A stretch of 64,000 bases of DNA from an uncultured Planctomycetaceae bacterium (GTDB taxonomy: Bacteria > Planctomycetota > Planctomycetia > Planctomycetales > Planctomycetaceae): contig CAWFGE010000021.1 in NCBI GenBank assembly GCA_963815195.1, positions 1-64,000 of the forward strand, in the 5' to 3' direction. The position numbers and the translations under genes are program-made. Position 1 is the first letter of the stretch, and the number at the start of each line of letters is the position of its first letter. The notes beneath the pieces are model-generated. The model was given only the letters and a program-made list of their open reading frames with translations. It was not told the origin of the DNA and made no database searches. Shown here in pieces: positions 11,207 through 22,040 of the stretch.

Positions 11207-11210
<4 letters not shown>
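7269..11210 (+). CDS. Large secreted diheme c-type cytochrome / LamG / beta-propeller protein (planctomycete DUF6797-like)
   Basis: Signal peptide; CTKCH and CINCH heme motifs; GPDL...SxMPEGL heme-binding domain; LamG-like HDGKWHEV segment; C-terminal propeller ([16 protein letters not shown]). Confidence 0.8.
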
Positions 11211-11629
<419 letters not shown>

Positions 11630-11674
11630 CAAAGTGACGAGAGAGTTCTCGCAACTGGAATGGGATAAGCTTGC

Positions 11675-11795
11675 CGCCGGGTGCCACTGGCAACTTGTTG
11701 CCAGTGCCTTCGTATCGCTGGTTGAGGTTGATCTTTTCGGGTGTCAAATCTGGTTCGGGAAAGCACTGGCAGCAAGCTGCCAGTGGCACCCGGCG
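11675..11795. repeat. REP/MITE-like inverted repeat
   Basis: CGCCGGGTGCCACTGGCAACTTGTTGCCAGTGC ... GCACTGGCAGCAAGCTGCCAGTGGCACCCGGCG; each arm is itself a hairpin. Confidence 0.85.
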
Positions 11796-12018
11796 TGAGC
11801 GTTACATAACCGGCCTCTTGGATTTTGGGTTCCACACGACGGATATGGGCTGGCGTTGCAAGGCAAAGCCCGAATCGGTGGGCGGGCTCTTTGCCGCGCG
11901 CGACAGTTGCCGTCAGAACGGAATTTCCAAAACCCGTGCTTCCCTCGGCGGCTGATGCGAGGTAGTTTAGAGGAGGGATTTCCCATTTGACACAGGGTGA
12001 AACAAGGAGCCGCGAGCC

Positions 12019-13437
12019 ATGACCGATCTGGATCTTTGGATAAAACGGCACAATCGGCGGCTCGTGTTCGGGCTGTTTTTGCAGCGGGCGGGCGAGTGGC
12101 TCGCGGCGTTTTTGTTTCTGTTCGGGGCCTGTGTGCTGACCTCCAAGCTGTTTCTGCCGCAGTTCTGGCCGCATGTGTTGTGGCTGGGTTTGTGGGCGGT
12201 GCCGATTCTGCTGTTGGCCGCGCGCTCGGCGAGCCGGCGGTCTTTCTCGCACACGGATGCGGTGGCCCTGCTCGATCGGCAGCTGCGGGGCGGCGGGTTG
12301 GTGATGGCTCTTGCCGAAACCGACGATCCCGCCTGGCAGGACCGGCTGCCGCAGACTCCGGAACTCTGGAAGCGGAAGCTCCCCAAAATCCGCCCGGTGC
12401 GGTTCTTCCGGCTCGTCGGCTGGCCGATGGTGTTCTCGCTCGGGGCGCTGTTGGTGCCATTGAGGAATCCCAAACCCGCGATGGGCTTTTCGCCCGAAGT
12501 CGGACAGCAGGCGACCTCGCAGTTGGGAGACATGGTGGGCCTGTTGGAAGACTCGCACGTCCTGCCGCCCGAGGAAACCAAAGAGCTTAAAACCGTCATC
12601 GAGCAGCTTTCGAAGGAGACCGAGCATTCGCCGTTGACGAACGAGAAATGGGAAACCGTGGATCGGCTGCGGGAGGAACTCACCACGGAACTCCTCACCA
12701 ACGAACGCAGCCTGTCTTTGGCCCGCGAAGCGGCCGCGAAACTGCTCGCGGGTGAAGGCGAACAGGGCGGATTGACGCCCGGCCATCAAGCGGAACTCGA
12801 AAAGAAAGTCCTAGAGGCCCTCCAGGCCATGTCCGACCGCGGAGCGCTCCCGGAACTGCCCAAAGAACTCGCCCCGCATTTTCAACAGCTCTTAAAACAA
12901 GGCCAGTTGCAACTGGCGAAAGACCCCAAACTCCGGCGGCAACTGCTCAGCCAGATGCAGCAGCTTTTCAATCGGCGATCCGGAGACTTGCAGAAAGTCC
13001 GCTCCCAGTTTGACCGCGTCTTCGCCCAGAGGCCTGAGCGGTTCGCGGACCGAAGCCGCACGCCGGGGTCGGACGAGGACGGCTTCCCGGCTCCGGGCGG
13101 AACGGGCGGCGGACGAAGCGGCGGCCAAGTGCCTTGGGGCAAGGAAACCGACGAACGGCAGGAGAAGTTCAAGCAGATCGTCTTGCCGCCGGGCTTTTGG
13201 GACAACCCGACGAACCAGGTCACAGGCGTCACGCCCGGCAAAACCTCGCCTCGCCCAGAGATCCCTTCGCAGAACGTCTCGGACGCGCTGCCCAAGGAAT
13301 TTGGAGCCGCCTCCGGACGCGAAGTCCGCTCCCACGAACTCCGCCCCCGGCACCGCGATGTGGTCAAGAAGTATTTTCAACGATCGGCGGAAGACGGGGA
13401 GACGGGGAGAATTCCTGAAGAGCCGCGCACGAAGTAA
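12019..13437 (+). CDS. Hypothetical membrane-anchored protein with helical/coiled-coil region
   Basis: 472-aa ORF with RBS AAGGAG, three hydrophobic segments and a C-terminal ...VVKKYF. Confidence 0.7.
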   Translation: MTDLDLWIKRHNRRLVFGLFLQRAGEWLAAFLFLFGACVLTSKLFLPQFWPHVLWLGLWAVPILLLAARSASRRSFSHTDAVALLDRQLRGGGLVMALAETDDPAWQDRLPQTPELWKRKLPKIRPVRFFRLVGWPMVFSLGALLVPLRNPKPAMGFSPEVGQQATSQLGDMVGLLEDSHVLPPEETKELKTVIEQLSKETEHSPLTNEKWETVDRLREELTTELLTNERSLSLAREAAAKLLAGEGEQGGLTPGHQAELEKKVLEALQAMSDRGALPELPKELAPHFQQLLKQGQLQLAKDPKLRRQLLSQMQQLFNRRSGDLQKVRSQFDRVFAQRPERFADRSRTPGSDEDGFPAPGGTGGGRSGGQVPWGKETDERQEKFKQIVLPPGFWDNPTNQVTGVTPGKTSPRPEIPSQNVSDALPKEFGAASGREVRSHELRPRHRDVVKKYFQRSAEDGETGRIPEEPRTK

Positions 13438-13474
13438 GCGGATTCCGCCTCCCGCTTACTTCGTGCGCGGCTCT
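13419..13474. repeat. Perfect 23-bp-arm palindrome (REP-like or terminator) overlapping the stop codon
   Basis: AGAGCCGCGCACGAAGTAAGCGG-N10-CCGCTTACTTCGTGCGCGGCTCT. Confidence 0.85.
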
Positions 13475-13494
13475 CGTCCTCTTTTGGTTGCGGG

Positions 13495-14924
13495 ATGGAG
13501 ATGGGCAAATCTGAGCTTGAAACGACGCAGCTTCGGATCGATCCGGTGGTGGAGAGCGCGGAGGAAATCGTCCGCCGGGTCCGCGAAGAGTTGCCGGAGC
13601 ACAAAGGCTTGGACGGTGCCGCCCAAGGCGTCGCGCGGGCGGCCCGCGAGGCGCAGCAGATCTCGAAAAAGCTGAAGCGGCCCTGGGGCCTGCACCGGCT
13701 GCCCGCGATGTTCCTGGCGGTGACGCTGTTGGTGTTCGGCGCGTGGATCTATTGGCGGTTTCTGCACGTCAAGACATTGGTCATCGCCCTGCCGGAACGC
13801 GACGCGATCGAACTTCACGAGCGGGTCGTAGAAACCGGGCGGATCCACATTCGCGAACACAAGACGGTCGGTTCGCGCGAGGGGTTGGAACTGCTTAAAG
13901 AAGAGAAGGTGGATTTGGCGTTTATTCAAGGCGGCCTGGACATTCCGCCCGGCCTGCCCCGCCTGGAGATTCCCCAATCGGAAACGCTGCTGTTTTTTCT
14001 CAAAGAAGGCGTGAACGACCCGACAGAACTCCGGCGCATCTTGACGTCTTCAAAAGGCCAGGGCAGCCACACCGTCGCCCGGCAGTTCGCGGAGATTTGG
14101 CGAATCGCGGACCGCGTGGGCTATTTGCACGATTGGCGGGAGTTGACGGTGAATCCCGCGTACAAAATCCCCGGCGAGGTCGATGCGGTGTTCGTCATCA
14201 AGGATTTGGCGAACGAGAAAACCTACGCCGGCGTCCGCCGATTGCACGAAGCAGGCTTTCGCATGGCCGCCCCGAACATCGCGCGCGGGCTTTGGTTTTG
14301 GAATACTTGAAACCCACGGAGATTCCCGCGGGCTATCTGGAGACATCGCCCAAGTTGCCGCGGGAACCGATCGCGACATACACGGTCTCGACGTACCTGG
14401 TCGCGCGGAAAACCTTGACGCCCCGCTTGTTCGGCGAGGCGATCCATCTGCTCGATCAAAATACCAACACGCTCAGGCAGCTGAGCTTCGAGCCGACGCT
14501 CAGCCAGGCCAAGGAAGTGTTCGAGACGATCGAATCGTTCTTGGGGATCCTGATCTACATTGGGCTGGCGTTTTTGACGCTGTTGGGCATTGAAATCGCC
14601 ACCTACCGCCGGCGGTTTAACGAGCTCAACACGTTCATCAGCCTGATCAGCATGCACCAGAGCAACAAAGATGTGCTCGGCCTCGCCGATGAGAACCAGC
14701 GCGCGAAAAACCTGTTGTACCTCAGCCTGTGCAGCGATTTGTTGGGGATCATCGGCGTAATCACGGGCTATTATTCGCAAGAGAACTCTTCGCTGCTCTA
14801 CAACCGCCTGACGGAAATCATCTATCAGCGATCGAGCAGCTTAAAGCTCAACATCCAACTCAAGATCCTGCACGCGATGATCGAAACCAAAGAGCCGGAC
14901 CCCCTCGCCGCCGACGTGGAATAA
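13495..14924 (+). CDS. Membrane-anchored TAXI-like solute-binding protein, frameshift near 14280
   Basis: TVGSREGLELLKEEKVDLAFIQGG, KGQGSH and IPAGY...P...IATYTVSTYLVAR motifs across two frames; TM segments at both ends. Confidence 0.6.
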
Positions 14925-14968
14925 ACGGATCCAGGAACAGCGGGTATGGGATCACTGGGAAAACGAGC

Positions 14969-16877
14969 ATGAGCAGAACCAGCCGTTTGAGCGTCATCGG
15001 AATAGGGTTCATCGCCATCGCGATTTGCGGGGCCGTGGCGGCCTATGTCAATTGGCCCAAAGCGGAGACCCCTGCGGGCGATGCGCGGGCAATTCGAGAG
15101 CCGGAGCCGCGGAACATCGAGTTCGGAGACCATTTGACGCTGTGGTGGGAACGAATCCCCGACAAGGTCAAGGACAAGAGTTTTCAAACGGGCTCCAAAA
15201 GCAATATTCACCCGCGCGATTACGCCGGTCCCGAGGCCTGCCGGAAATGTCATTCCCAGAATTATCAAAACTGGTCACGCCACCCGCACAAGAAGATGAA
15301 CGCCCTGGCGATCAAGGAAAACGTACTGGGCGATTTTTCCGGAAACGCGAAGATCAACTATCTGGGCGGGACCGGGACGTTCACGCGAAAAGGCGGCCGG
15401 TATTTCATGAACCTCGAACGGGGCGACGTCCGTCTCGAATATGCCGTCACCCAAACGATTGGATCGAGGTTTTATCAGTATTACGTCGGCAAGTTATTGC
15501 GGGCCGCGGGCGTTGAGCCTTTCAACATTTACTACGCCACGGATCACCTGTTGCCTTTCGGCTATTGGCTGGATCGCCGGGAATGGGTGCCGGTGGTGCA
15601 TGTGCTGAACGAAGTCCCGGATGGCGAACGGATCGACCCTTATGATCTGACGGGGATTCCCGTGGACGGCGAGAACTACGTGGGCTATCACTTCGGCTGC
15701 AACTACTGCCATACCACGTTTCCGCTGGGCGACATGTTGATTCGCAATCCGGCTCTGATCGGGAGGCATGCGCCGGTGGGGCTGCATTGGGGCATCTCGG
15801 ACTATTTATCGGAAGCCCACCCAGACCTCTGGGAATCCGATCGGGATCCGAGTGCGCTGCCGCAGCAGGAGATGTTGGACCTCATGAGTTCCATTGTGCT
15901 TTTTGAAGCACCGGAACATGCGGTGACTCTGGGAGTGAGTTGCGAGGCCTGCCATCTGGGGGCCCGCGCACGCCAAGAATCCGAAAATCCTGCCGAAGTT
16001 TTTTCCGCAAAGCCCCCATCTCTATGCGGAAGCGAAGCAGGAGGGCTTCGATTTTTCAAGGAACCACCGGAACGTCAATTGGGCGTGCGGCCGCTGCCAC
16101 TCGGGAAACCGCCCGCAATTCGCGGCGGGCATGGCCACCTGGAACTCCACGGAATACACCGACGCGATGCGGGGGTCTTGCTACACGAAACTGGCTTGCA
16201 TCAAGTGCCACAATCCGCACGAAGGGATTGGAAAGAAATGGACGAAGTCGCCGGCTGAGGACGATGCGACCTGCCTCGCGTGCCACGCCCAATATGAGCC
16301 GGCAGACAAGCGGCTGGCCCACACGCATCATCCCGCGGGCAGTTCCGGCAGCCGCTGCATGAACTGCCATATGCCGCGAATCAACGAGGGCATGCAGGAC
16401 GTCGTGCGGACGCACATGATTTTCTCGCCGACGAATCGTGCCATGATCGAAGCGAATCATCCCAACGCGTGCAATCTCTGCCACACCAGGGAATCCATTT
16501 CCTGGACGCAGCGGCACCTCAGCGAATGGTACAAAGCGGAGTACGATTCGGGTCTGATTTCAAAAAACGACGCCGATGCCAAAGAGAGCGCCGCTTTGGG
16601 TTGGCTGGCAAGCGCCAACGAATCGGTGCGTCTTGTGGCGGGCGATGCGCTGACCCGTGCGGATTCCAAGTGGGCCTTGCCCCAATTGATCGAAGCCTTG
16701 GACGATCCGTTTCTGCTGAATCGCCAGTTCGGCGAGAAAAACCTGGAATCGCTGGCAGGCGTCCGTCTTAATGATTATGGATACCGCTTCTATATGACGC
16801 CCGAAGAGCGAAAAGGCCCGATCCAGAGAATCCGCCGGGCTTTGCTGCCCCGCGAGACGCCGCAGAAGTCCGAGTAG
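14969..16877 (+). CDS. Membrane-anchored octaheme c-type cytochrome with C-terminal HEAT-like region, frameshift near 15968
   Basis: CxxCH motifs CRKCH, CNYCH, CEACH, CGRCH, CIKCH, CLACH, CMNCH, CNLCH once the frames are joined. Confidence 0.85.
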
Positions 16878-16884
16878 GCAACGC

Positions 16885-17901
16885 TCAGTTTGCTTTCTCG
16901 AGAACGGCTTCGACGAGAAAGTCGCAAACGTAATCGGCGACTAAGCGGTGTCCCTCGGCGTTCCAATGGCCGTCGTCGTTGCCGCGCAACAAGGTTTCAG
17001 CCGGAATCTCGTGATCGGCGAATTCTTTGTCGAGATCGAAATAGGGGATCCCCATTCGTCCCGCCAATTCGCTCTCTAAGAATCGGTTTGCCTGGGCCAT
17101 AATCGGGTGGTCTTGGTATCTCGGCAGGAATTGCCCGAACTTCATCACGAGGAACCGGGCCTCGTGTTTCTGGCATTCGCGATGCATCTGCTCGATGATC
17201 GCAACGGTGATTTCGAGCGGGTTTTCCTGGACGTTCTTGGGTTCCGCGTTCGACGACGGACGGGGAACGGGCACGTTCGCCAGGTCGAGTTGGCGATTGA
17301 GAAAGATGGGCTTTTGCATGCCGTACTGCATCGACGCCGCGCTGTTGTGAATGTCGTTGACGATAAAAAATGCGAGAACGACCACGTCCGGCGAGTAGTC
17401 GAATCCTTCCTCGGTGAGGAACAAATATTCCTGGTCCGTGCCCCAGCCTGAGACGCCCGTGTTAATCACTTCATAACGGTTCGAGGCCGACTTGAGTTTT
17501 TCGTTCAGCAGCGTCTCCAAGCGGCCGGTGAAGATTTCGCCGTCGGCCACGCCGTAGCCCCAGGCAAAGGAATCTCCCAAAACGAGAATCCGCGTCACGC
17601 CCGGTGGCTTTTGGATGGGATGCTCGCGGTCGCGGAGGCCGTGGGAATTGATGGTCAACTTGCGGCCGTTGGTCGTCCCGGACCAATTGGGAATATTCCG
17701 CCAACCGAGCTTCGCGTCGTAAAGGTAGCGGTGCCCCGTCCGCTCATGTCCGGGTTCTTGCAGGTATATCGGCTCCTCGCTGAGCTGAAACCTGAGATTC
17801 CGCACACGGTCGCGCAACAGCGAATTGAAGGCGGCGACGGCGATTCCCGTTCCCAAGGCCATGGCCAGAATTCGGAAGACCCATTTCTTTCGCCGAGACA
17901 T
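16885..17901 (-). CDS. SGNH/GDSL hydrolase family protein
   Basis: INSHGLRD, LGDSFAWG, INTGVSGWGTDQE, DDGHWNAEGH; N-terminal TM anchor. Start uncertain. Confidence 0.85.
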   Translation of the reverse strand: MSRRKKWVFRILAMALGTGIAVAAFNSLLRDRVRNLRFQLSEEPIYLQEPGHERTGHRYLYDAKLGWRNIPNWSGTTNGRKLTINSHGLRDREHPIQKPPGVTRILVLGDSFAWGYGVADGEIFTGRLETLLNEKLKSASNRYEVINTGVSGWGTDQEYLFLTEEGFDYSPDVVVLAFFIVNDIHNSAASMQYGMQKPIFLNRQLDLANVPVPRPSSNAEPKNVQENPLEITVAIIEQMHRECQKHEARFLVMKFGQFLPRYQDHPIMAQANRFLESELAGRMGIPYFDLDKEFADHEIPAETLLRGNDDGHWNAEGHRLVADYVCDFLVEAVLEKAN

Positions 17902-18431
17902 CGCCGGCGGATTTGACGCGTGGGATTCCGCCCCAGCACTTTCGGGGGAACGGTGGTCAGACCATGGATTTCGTTCTGTGTATGGGGCGGGCGATATAGA
18001 TTTCACAGGCGTGGCCAAACCCAGGCCGACAGATTTGGGCCGGCGGCGCATTCGCACCGAGATACCTCCCATGCTATCCGGCGCCTGTCCCGCTGTCGAC
18101 ATTCAGGGTATGCAATCGATTGCGGCGGATACGGTTGTCGAATTGATCAACAGAGTGATGTCTGAACCGGCAGAATACGTGACCATAGAGCCGGTCTCTG
18201 GAATAAGCCCGAACGCGGTCTGGCGACCGCAACCGATGTCATGGCAACCGGCCGATCGATCAAACTCAAACACGGCAAAGACCGGCTTGAACGGGACGGC
18301 TCGGAAGTTGCATCGACGGAATATCGTTGGCAAGTGTCGCGATTAACGAAGGGCCGAAAGACGAGGGGCGGTCTGGGCATTCCCTTCTCGCGATAGCCGG
18401 GGCACATTCCACATTCTCGCGCGGATTGCGG

Positions 18432-18486
18432 TTGACGTGGCGAATTCTTTCGCTTACCATTCCAGAAATGCGAATTCTTTCGCTTA
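18432..18486 (+). promoter_or_regulatory. Sigma70 promoter TTGACG-N17-TACCAT with two palindromic operators GCGAATTCTTTCGC
   Basis: Operators at 18440-18453 (in the spacer) and 18470-18483, 30 bp apart, upstream of blaI. Confidence 0.75.
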
Positions 18487-18545
18487 TCCGGAAGCGTTCA
18501 TTGGGATTCGGCATTTGGGTTTCATTGGACCATGTGGGAGACATC

Positions 18546-18929
18546 ATGGCACGGCCTGCTTCAGCGCAACCGACGGCAGTCGAACTTCAGATCCTGAGCA
18601 TTCTCTGGGACCGGGGGCCGAGCTCCTCCCGGGAGATCCACGAGCGGCTTGCCGAATTCAAAGACACCAACTACTCCACCACCGTCAAGATGCTTTCGGT
18701 GATGCTGGTGAAAGGTCTCGTGATACGCGATGAGACGGTCCGGCCTCAGATTTTTCGCCCCGCGTTCAGCCGCGCCAAAGCCCAAAAACAAATGCTGAAT
18801 GATCTTATTCAGAAAGTCTACGAAGGCTCGGCGAAAAGCCTTGTGCTGCAGGCCTTGTCGTCCAAACGCGCCAGCCCGGAAGACCTGGACGAAATCCAAC
18901 GGCTGATCGATCAGCTGAAAAACAAATAG
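18546..18929 (+). CDS. BlaI/MecI/CopY family repressor
   Basis: PTAVELQILSILWDRGPSSSREIHE...YSTTVKML...YEGSAKSLVLQAL. Confidence 0.92.
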   Translation: MARPASAQPTAVELQILSILWDRGPSSSREIHERLAEFKDTNYSTTVKMLSVMLVKGLVIRDETVRPQIFRPAFSRAKAQKQMLNDLIQKVYEGSAKSLVLQALSSKRASPEDLDEIQRLIDQLKNK

Positions 18930-18974
18930 CGGCAGACAGAGTTTCTCAAATCGTTTACCAAAGCGAGAAATCCC

Positions 18975-19460
18975 ATGCAGATCATCGAACGACTCGGCTG
19001 GATGTTGTTCCATTCGGGATGGCAGATCCTGTTGATCGCCTGCAGCTACGGAATCATGTTAAGCGTCTTTCGCTTTCGCTGGACGTCAGCGCGTTACGCA
19101 ATCGGATGCCTTGCACTTGTTCTCATGGCGGTTGCGCCCGTCGTGACGTTCTTGCGTCTGTCTCCTTACAGCGGAGGTTCAGAGACGAGTTCCGTCCTCG
19201 CAGACGCTTTCCCACAGCCGGTTCCCGAGCGGAAGGCATTCAACGGAGGAGGCGAGCCGGCGGACAGGGCGTCAGGCGATTTGCAGCCTGGGGAATCGGT
19301 TGTCGCTGATGAACCTGGCGCCGGATTGGTGCCGCAGAATACAAACGCCGGGCCTGCCTGGATCAGATCGATTCGCTCGGCGTTCCCCTGCGCCGTTGCG
19401 TTCTGGCTCATGGGTGTTCTGGTTTTCTCCTTCCGGTTGGTGCTGGAAAGGCTTATGACC
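18975..19460 (+). pseudogene. BlaR1/M56 peptidase N-terminal fragment
   Basis: LGWMLFHSGWQ...SARYAIGCLAL...WLMGVLVFSFRL; lacks HExxH; similarity ends where a repeat element begins. Confidence 0.7.
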
Positions 19461-19627
19461 CAAAGGGGCAATGGATCGCAAGGGACTTGCGACGCAAATA
19501 ATGCGCGTCGTTGTTTCTTGACCTTTATCCGCGATCCATCCGCGATTCAGCCATTTTGGATTGCACCAAAACGGAAGCGGCCCTTCTTTGCGGAACTTTG
19601 CGTTCTTTGCCCCTTTGCGTTAAAAAA
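19458..19627. repeat. REP-like element of the (A)CGCAAAG/CTTTGCG family
   Basis: ACCCAAAGGGGCAA...GCAAGGG paired with CTTTGCG...CTTTGCCCCTTTGCGTTAAAA; related copies at 26744 and 42714. Confidence 0.65.
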
Positions 19628-19674
19628 ATCCCTTGACGGAACTGATCTGACGCCCAACGAATGACCGAAACGCC

Positions 19675-21903
19675 ATGACTCAAACCTCTCCCAAAGACAC
19701 CAAACCGCTGCGGCCCCTCAAAAGCGGCGGCGGTTGGAAAGCGATCAACTACAGCCTGAAGCTCGCCCGCCGGGTCGGTCTGTGGAATATGTGGAAGGCC
19801 CTCCGCTCCAAAAACGCCTGCAAGACCTGCGCGGTCGGCATGGGCGGGCAGTTGGGCGGCATGGTCAACGAAGGCGGCTATTTCCCCGAAGTCTGCAAGA
19901 AATCTTTCCAGGCGATGGCCTCCGACATGCAGCCCGCCGTCCCGCGCGAGTTCTTCGCGAAGTATTCTTTGCAGCAGCTCAAAGCCATGACGCCCCGCCA
20001 GCTCGAAGCCAGCGGCCGGCTGACCGAGCCTTTGTATCTCCCGGAAGGGGCGTCGCATTACCAGCCCATCGGTTGGGACGGAGCCTTGGGTTTGATGGTC
20101 GAGCGACTGAAAGCCGCGGGGCCAGAGCGGAGCTTTTTTTATGCGAGCGGCCGGTCTTCGAACGAAGCCGGCTTCCTCCTGCAACTCTTGGCCCGGTTGT
20201 TCGGCACGAATTATGTCAACAACTGCTCCTACTATTGCCATCAAGCCAGCGGCGTCGGCTTGGGCTCGGCCATCGGCACCGGCGCGGGGACCGTGCGGCT
20301 CGAAGACCTGGACGACACCGACCTCTATATCCTGATCGGAGCCAACCCCGCGTCCAATCACCCCCGGCTGATGCGGTCGTTCATGAACATCCGCCGGCGG
20401 GGCGGGAAGGTGATCGTCGTCAACCCCTTAAAGGAAACCGGCCTCGTCAATTTCCGCGTGCCCAGCAATGTGCGGAGCTTATTGTTCGGGAGCGAAATCG
20501 CCAGCCTTTACGTGCAGCCGCACATCGCGGGGGACCTGGCGCTGCTCGCGGGCATTGCGAAAATCATTCTGGAGCAAAACGCCCAGGACGCGGGGTTCAT
20601 CGAAGAGCACACCGAAAACTTCGCCGCGTTCGCCGAGCAAGTCCAAGAGACGAGTTGGGAGGACATTCTCACCCAAAGTGGCGTGGAGCGGGACACGATC
20701 GAGAAAATCGCGAAAGAATACCTCGCGGCGAAGAATGTGGTCATTGGCTGGTGCATGGGGATTACGCATCATCTGCACGGCACGCAGAACGTGCAGATGA
20801 TCGCCAACGTCGCCCTGCTCCGCGGCATGGTCGGGCGGCGGAAAGCCGGCGTGATGCCCATTCGCGGACACAGCAACGTCCAGGGCATGGGCACCGTCGG
20901 CGTCACGCCCGCCTTGAAAAAAGCCATCCTCGAGCGGTTCGAAGAACAGCTCGGCCTCGCCGTTCCTGCGTCGCCCGGCTACGACACGATGGCCTGCATC
21001 GAGGCCGCCCAGCGCGGGGAGATGGATTTCGCCCTCTGCCTTGGCGGGAATCTCTACGGCAGCAATCCCGACACCGGGCACGCCCGGGCAGTGCTCAATC
21101 GCTTAAAGACGGCGGTGTATCTCTCCACCACCTTGAACACCGGCCACGCCTGGGGCACCGGGCGCGAGACGTTAATCCTGCCGGTCTTGCCGCGCGATGA
21201 AGAACCCGAGCCCACCACGCAAGAGTCGATGTTCAGCTTCGTGCGGATGAGCGACGGCGGCCCCGCGAGATTCGCAGGCCCCAGGAGCGAAGTTTCCATC
21301 CTGTCCCACGTCGGCCGGCAGTTGTTCGCGCAAACCAATGGCAAAGTTTCGGAGCGGATCGATTGGCAAAAGCTCGAAAGCCACGCCGCCATCCGCGGGT
21401 TGATTGCGGATCTGATTCCCGATTACGCCCCAATGAAGCAGTTGGAACAATCGCGGGAGGAATTCCATGTGCCCGGCCGGGCCGTGGAAGATTACCGCTT
21501 CCCCACACCCAGCGGACGGGCGAAGTTTCATGCGATTCCCCTCCCCCAACCGCCTGCCTTAGAAGACCGGCAACTGCGGCTGATGACGGTCCGTTCGGAA
21601 GGCCAGTTCAACGCGGTGGTCTATGATGAGGAAGACATCTACCGCCGGCAGGAACGCCGGGATGTGATCTTGATGAGCGGGGCGGACATCGAGCGGTTCG
21701 GCTTCCAGCCCAACCAGCGGGTCAAGATTCAAAGCGAAGCCGGCGAGATGCGGTACATCCTCGTGCGGGAATTCGAAGTCCGCCCCGGCAATGCCGCGAT
21801 GTATTTCCCCGAAGCCAACGTGCTCGTTCCGCACAGCGTCGATCCGATGTCCAAGACCCCCGGGTTCAAACACGTCGTGGTCACGCTGCAAGCGGAACAG
21901 TAA
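19675..21903 (+). CDS. FdhF/YdeP family molybdopterin oxidoreductase
   Basis: SGGGWKAI, CKTCAVG, YASGRSSNEAG, NNCSYYCHQASG, PIRGHSNVQG, RSEGQFN, SKTPGFK. Confidence 0.92.
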   Translation: MTQTSPKDTKPLRPLKSGGGWKAINYSLKLARRVGLWNMWKALRSKNACKTCAVGMGGQLGGMVNEGGYFPEVCKKSFQAMASDMQPAVPREFFAKYSLQQLKAMTPRQLEASGRLTEPLYLPEGASHYQPIGWDGALGLMVERLKAAGPERSFFYASGRSSNEAGFLLQLLARLFGTNYVNNCSYYCHQASGVGLGSAIGTGAGTVRLEDLDDTDLYILIGANPASNHPRLMRSFMNIRRRGGKVIVVNPLKETGLVNFRVPSNVRSLLFGSEIASLYVQPHIAGDLALLAGIAKIILEQNAQDAGFIEEHTENFAAFAEQVQETSWEDILTQSGVERDTIEKIAKEYLAAKNVVIGWCMGITHHLHGTQNVQMIANVALLRGMVGRRKAGVMPIRGHSNVQGMGTVGVTPALKKAILERFEEQLGLAVPASPGYDTMACIEAAQRGEMDFALCLGGNLYGSNPDTGHARAVLNRLKTAVYLSTTLNTGHAWGTGRETLILPVLPRDEEPEPTTQESMFSFVRMSDGGPARFAGPRSEVSILSHVGRQLFAQTNGKVSERIDWQKLESHAAIRGLIADLIPDYAPMKQLEQSREEFHVPGRAVEDYRFPTPSGRAKFHAIPLPQPPALEDRQLRLMTVRSEGQFNAVVYDEEDIYRRQERRDVILMSGADIERFGFQPNQRVKIQSEAGEMRYILVREFEVRPGNAAMYFPEANVLVPHSVDPMSKTPGFKHVVVTLQAEQ

Positions 21904-21929
21904 GAGTCCGAGGTTGGAAATGGGAAAGC

Positions 21930-21961
21930 AAAAAAGCGAGGCCCCCGAGTGGGGCCTCGCC
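21930..21961. terminator. Hairpin between convergent genes
   Basis: AAAAAAGCGAGGCCCC-CGAGT-GGGGCCTCGC; U-tract on the minus strand. Confidence 0.65.
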
Positions 21962-22040
21962 GGTGGCGGAGAGATGATTGAAGGAGATGAGTGCATCGTT
22001 TTTTGCGGACCGGCGGCCGGCCGGTCTTCGGTGGCCGGGC

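Noticed and set aside
18103..18333. Short ORFs between the SGNH gene and blaI
   Set aside because: No RBS, motif or convincing codon bias; cannot be supported.
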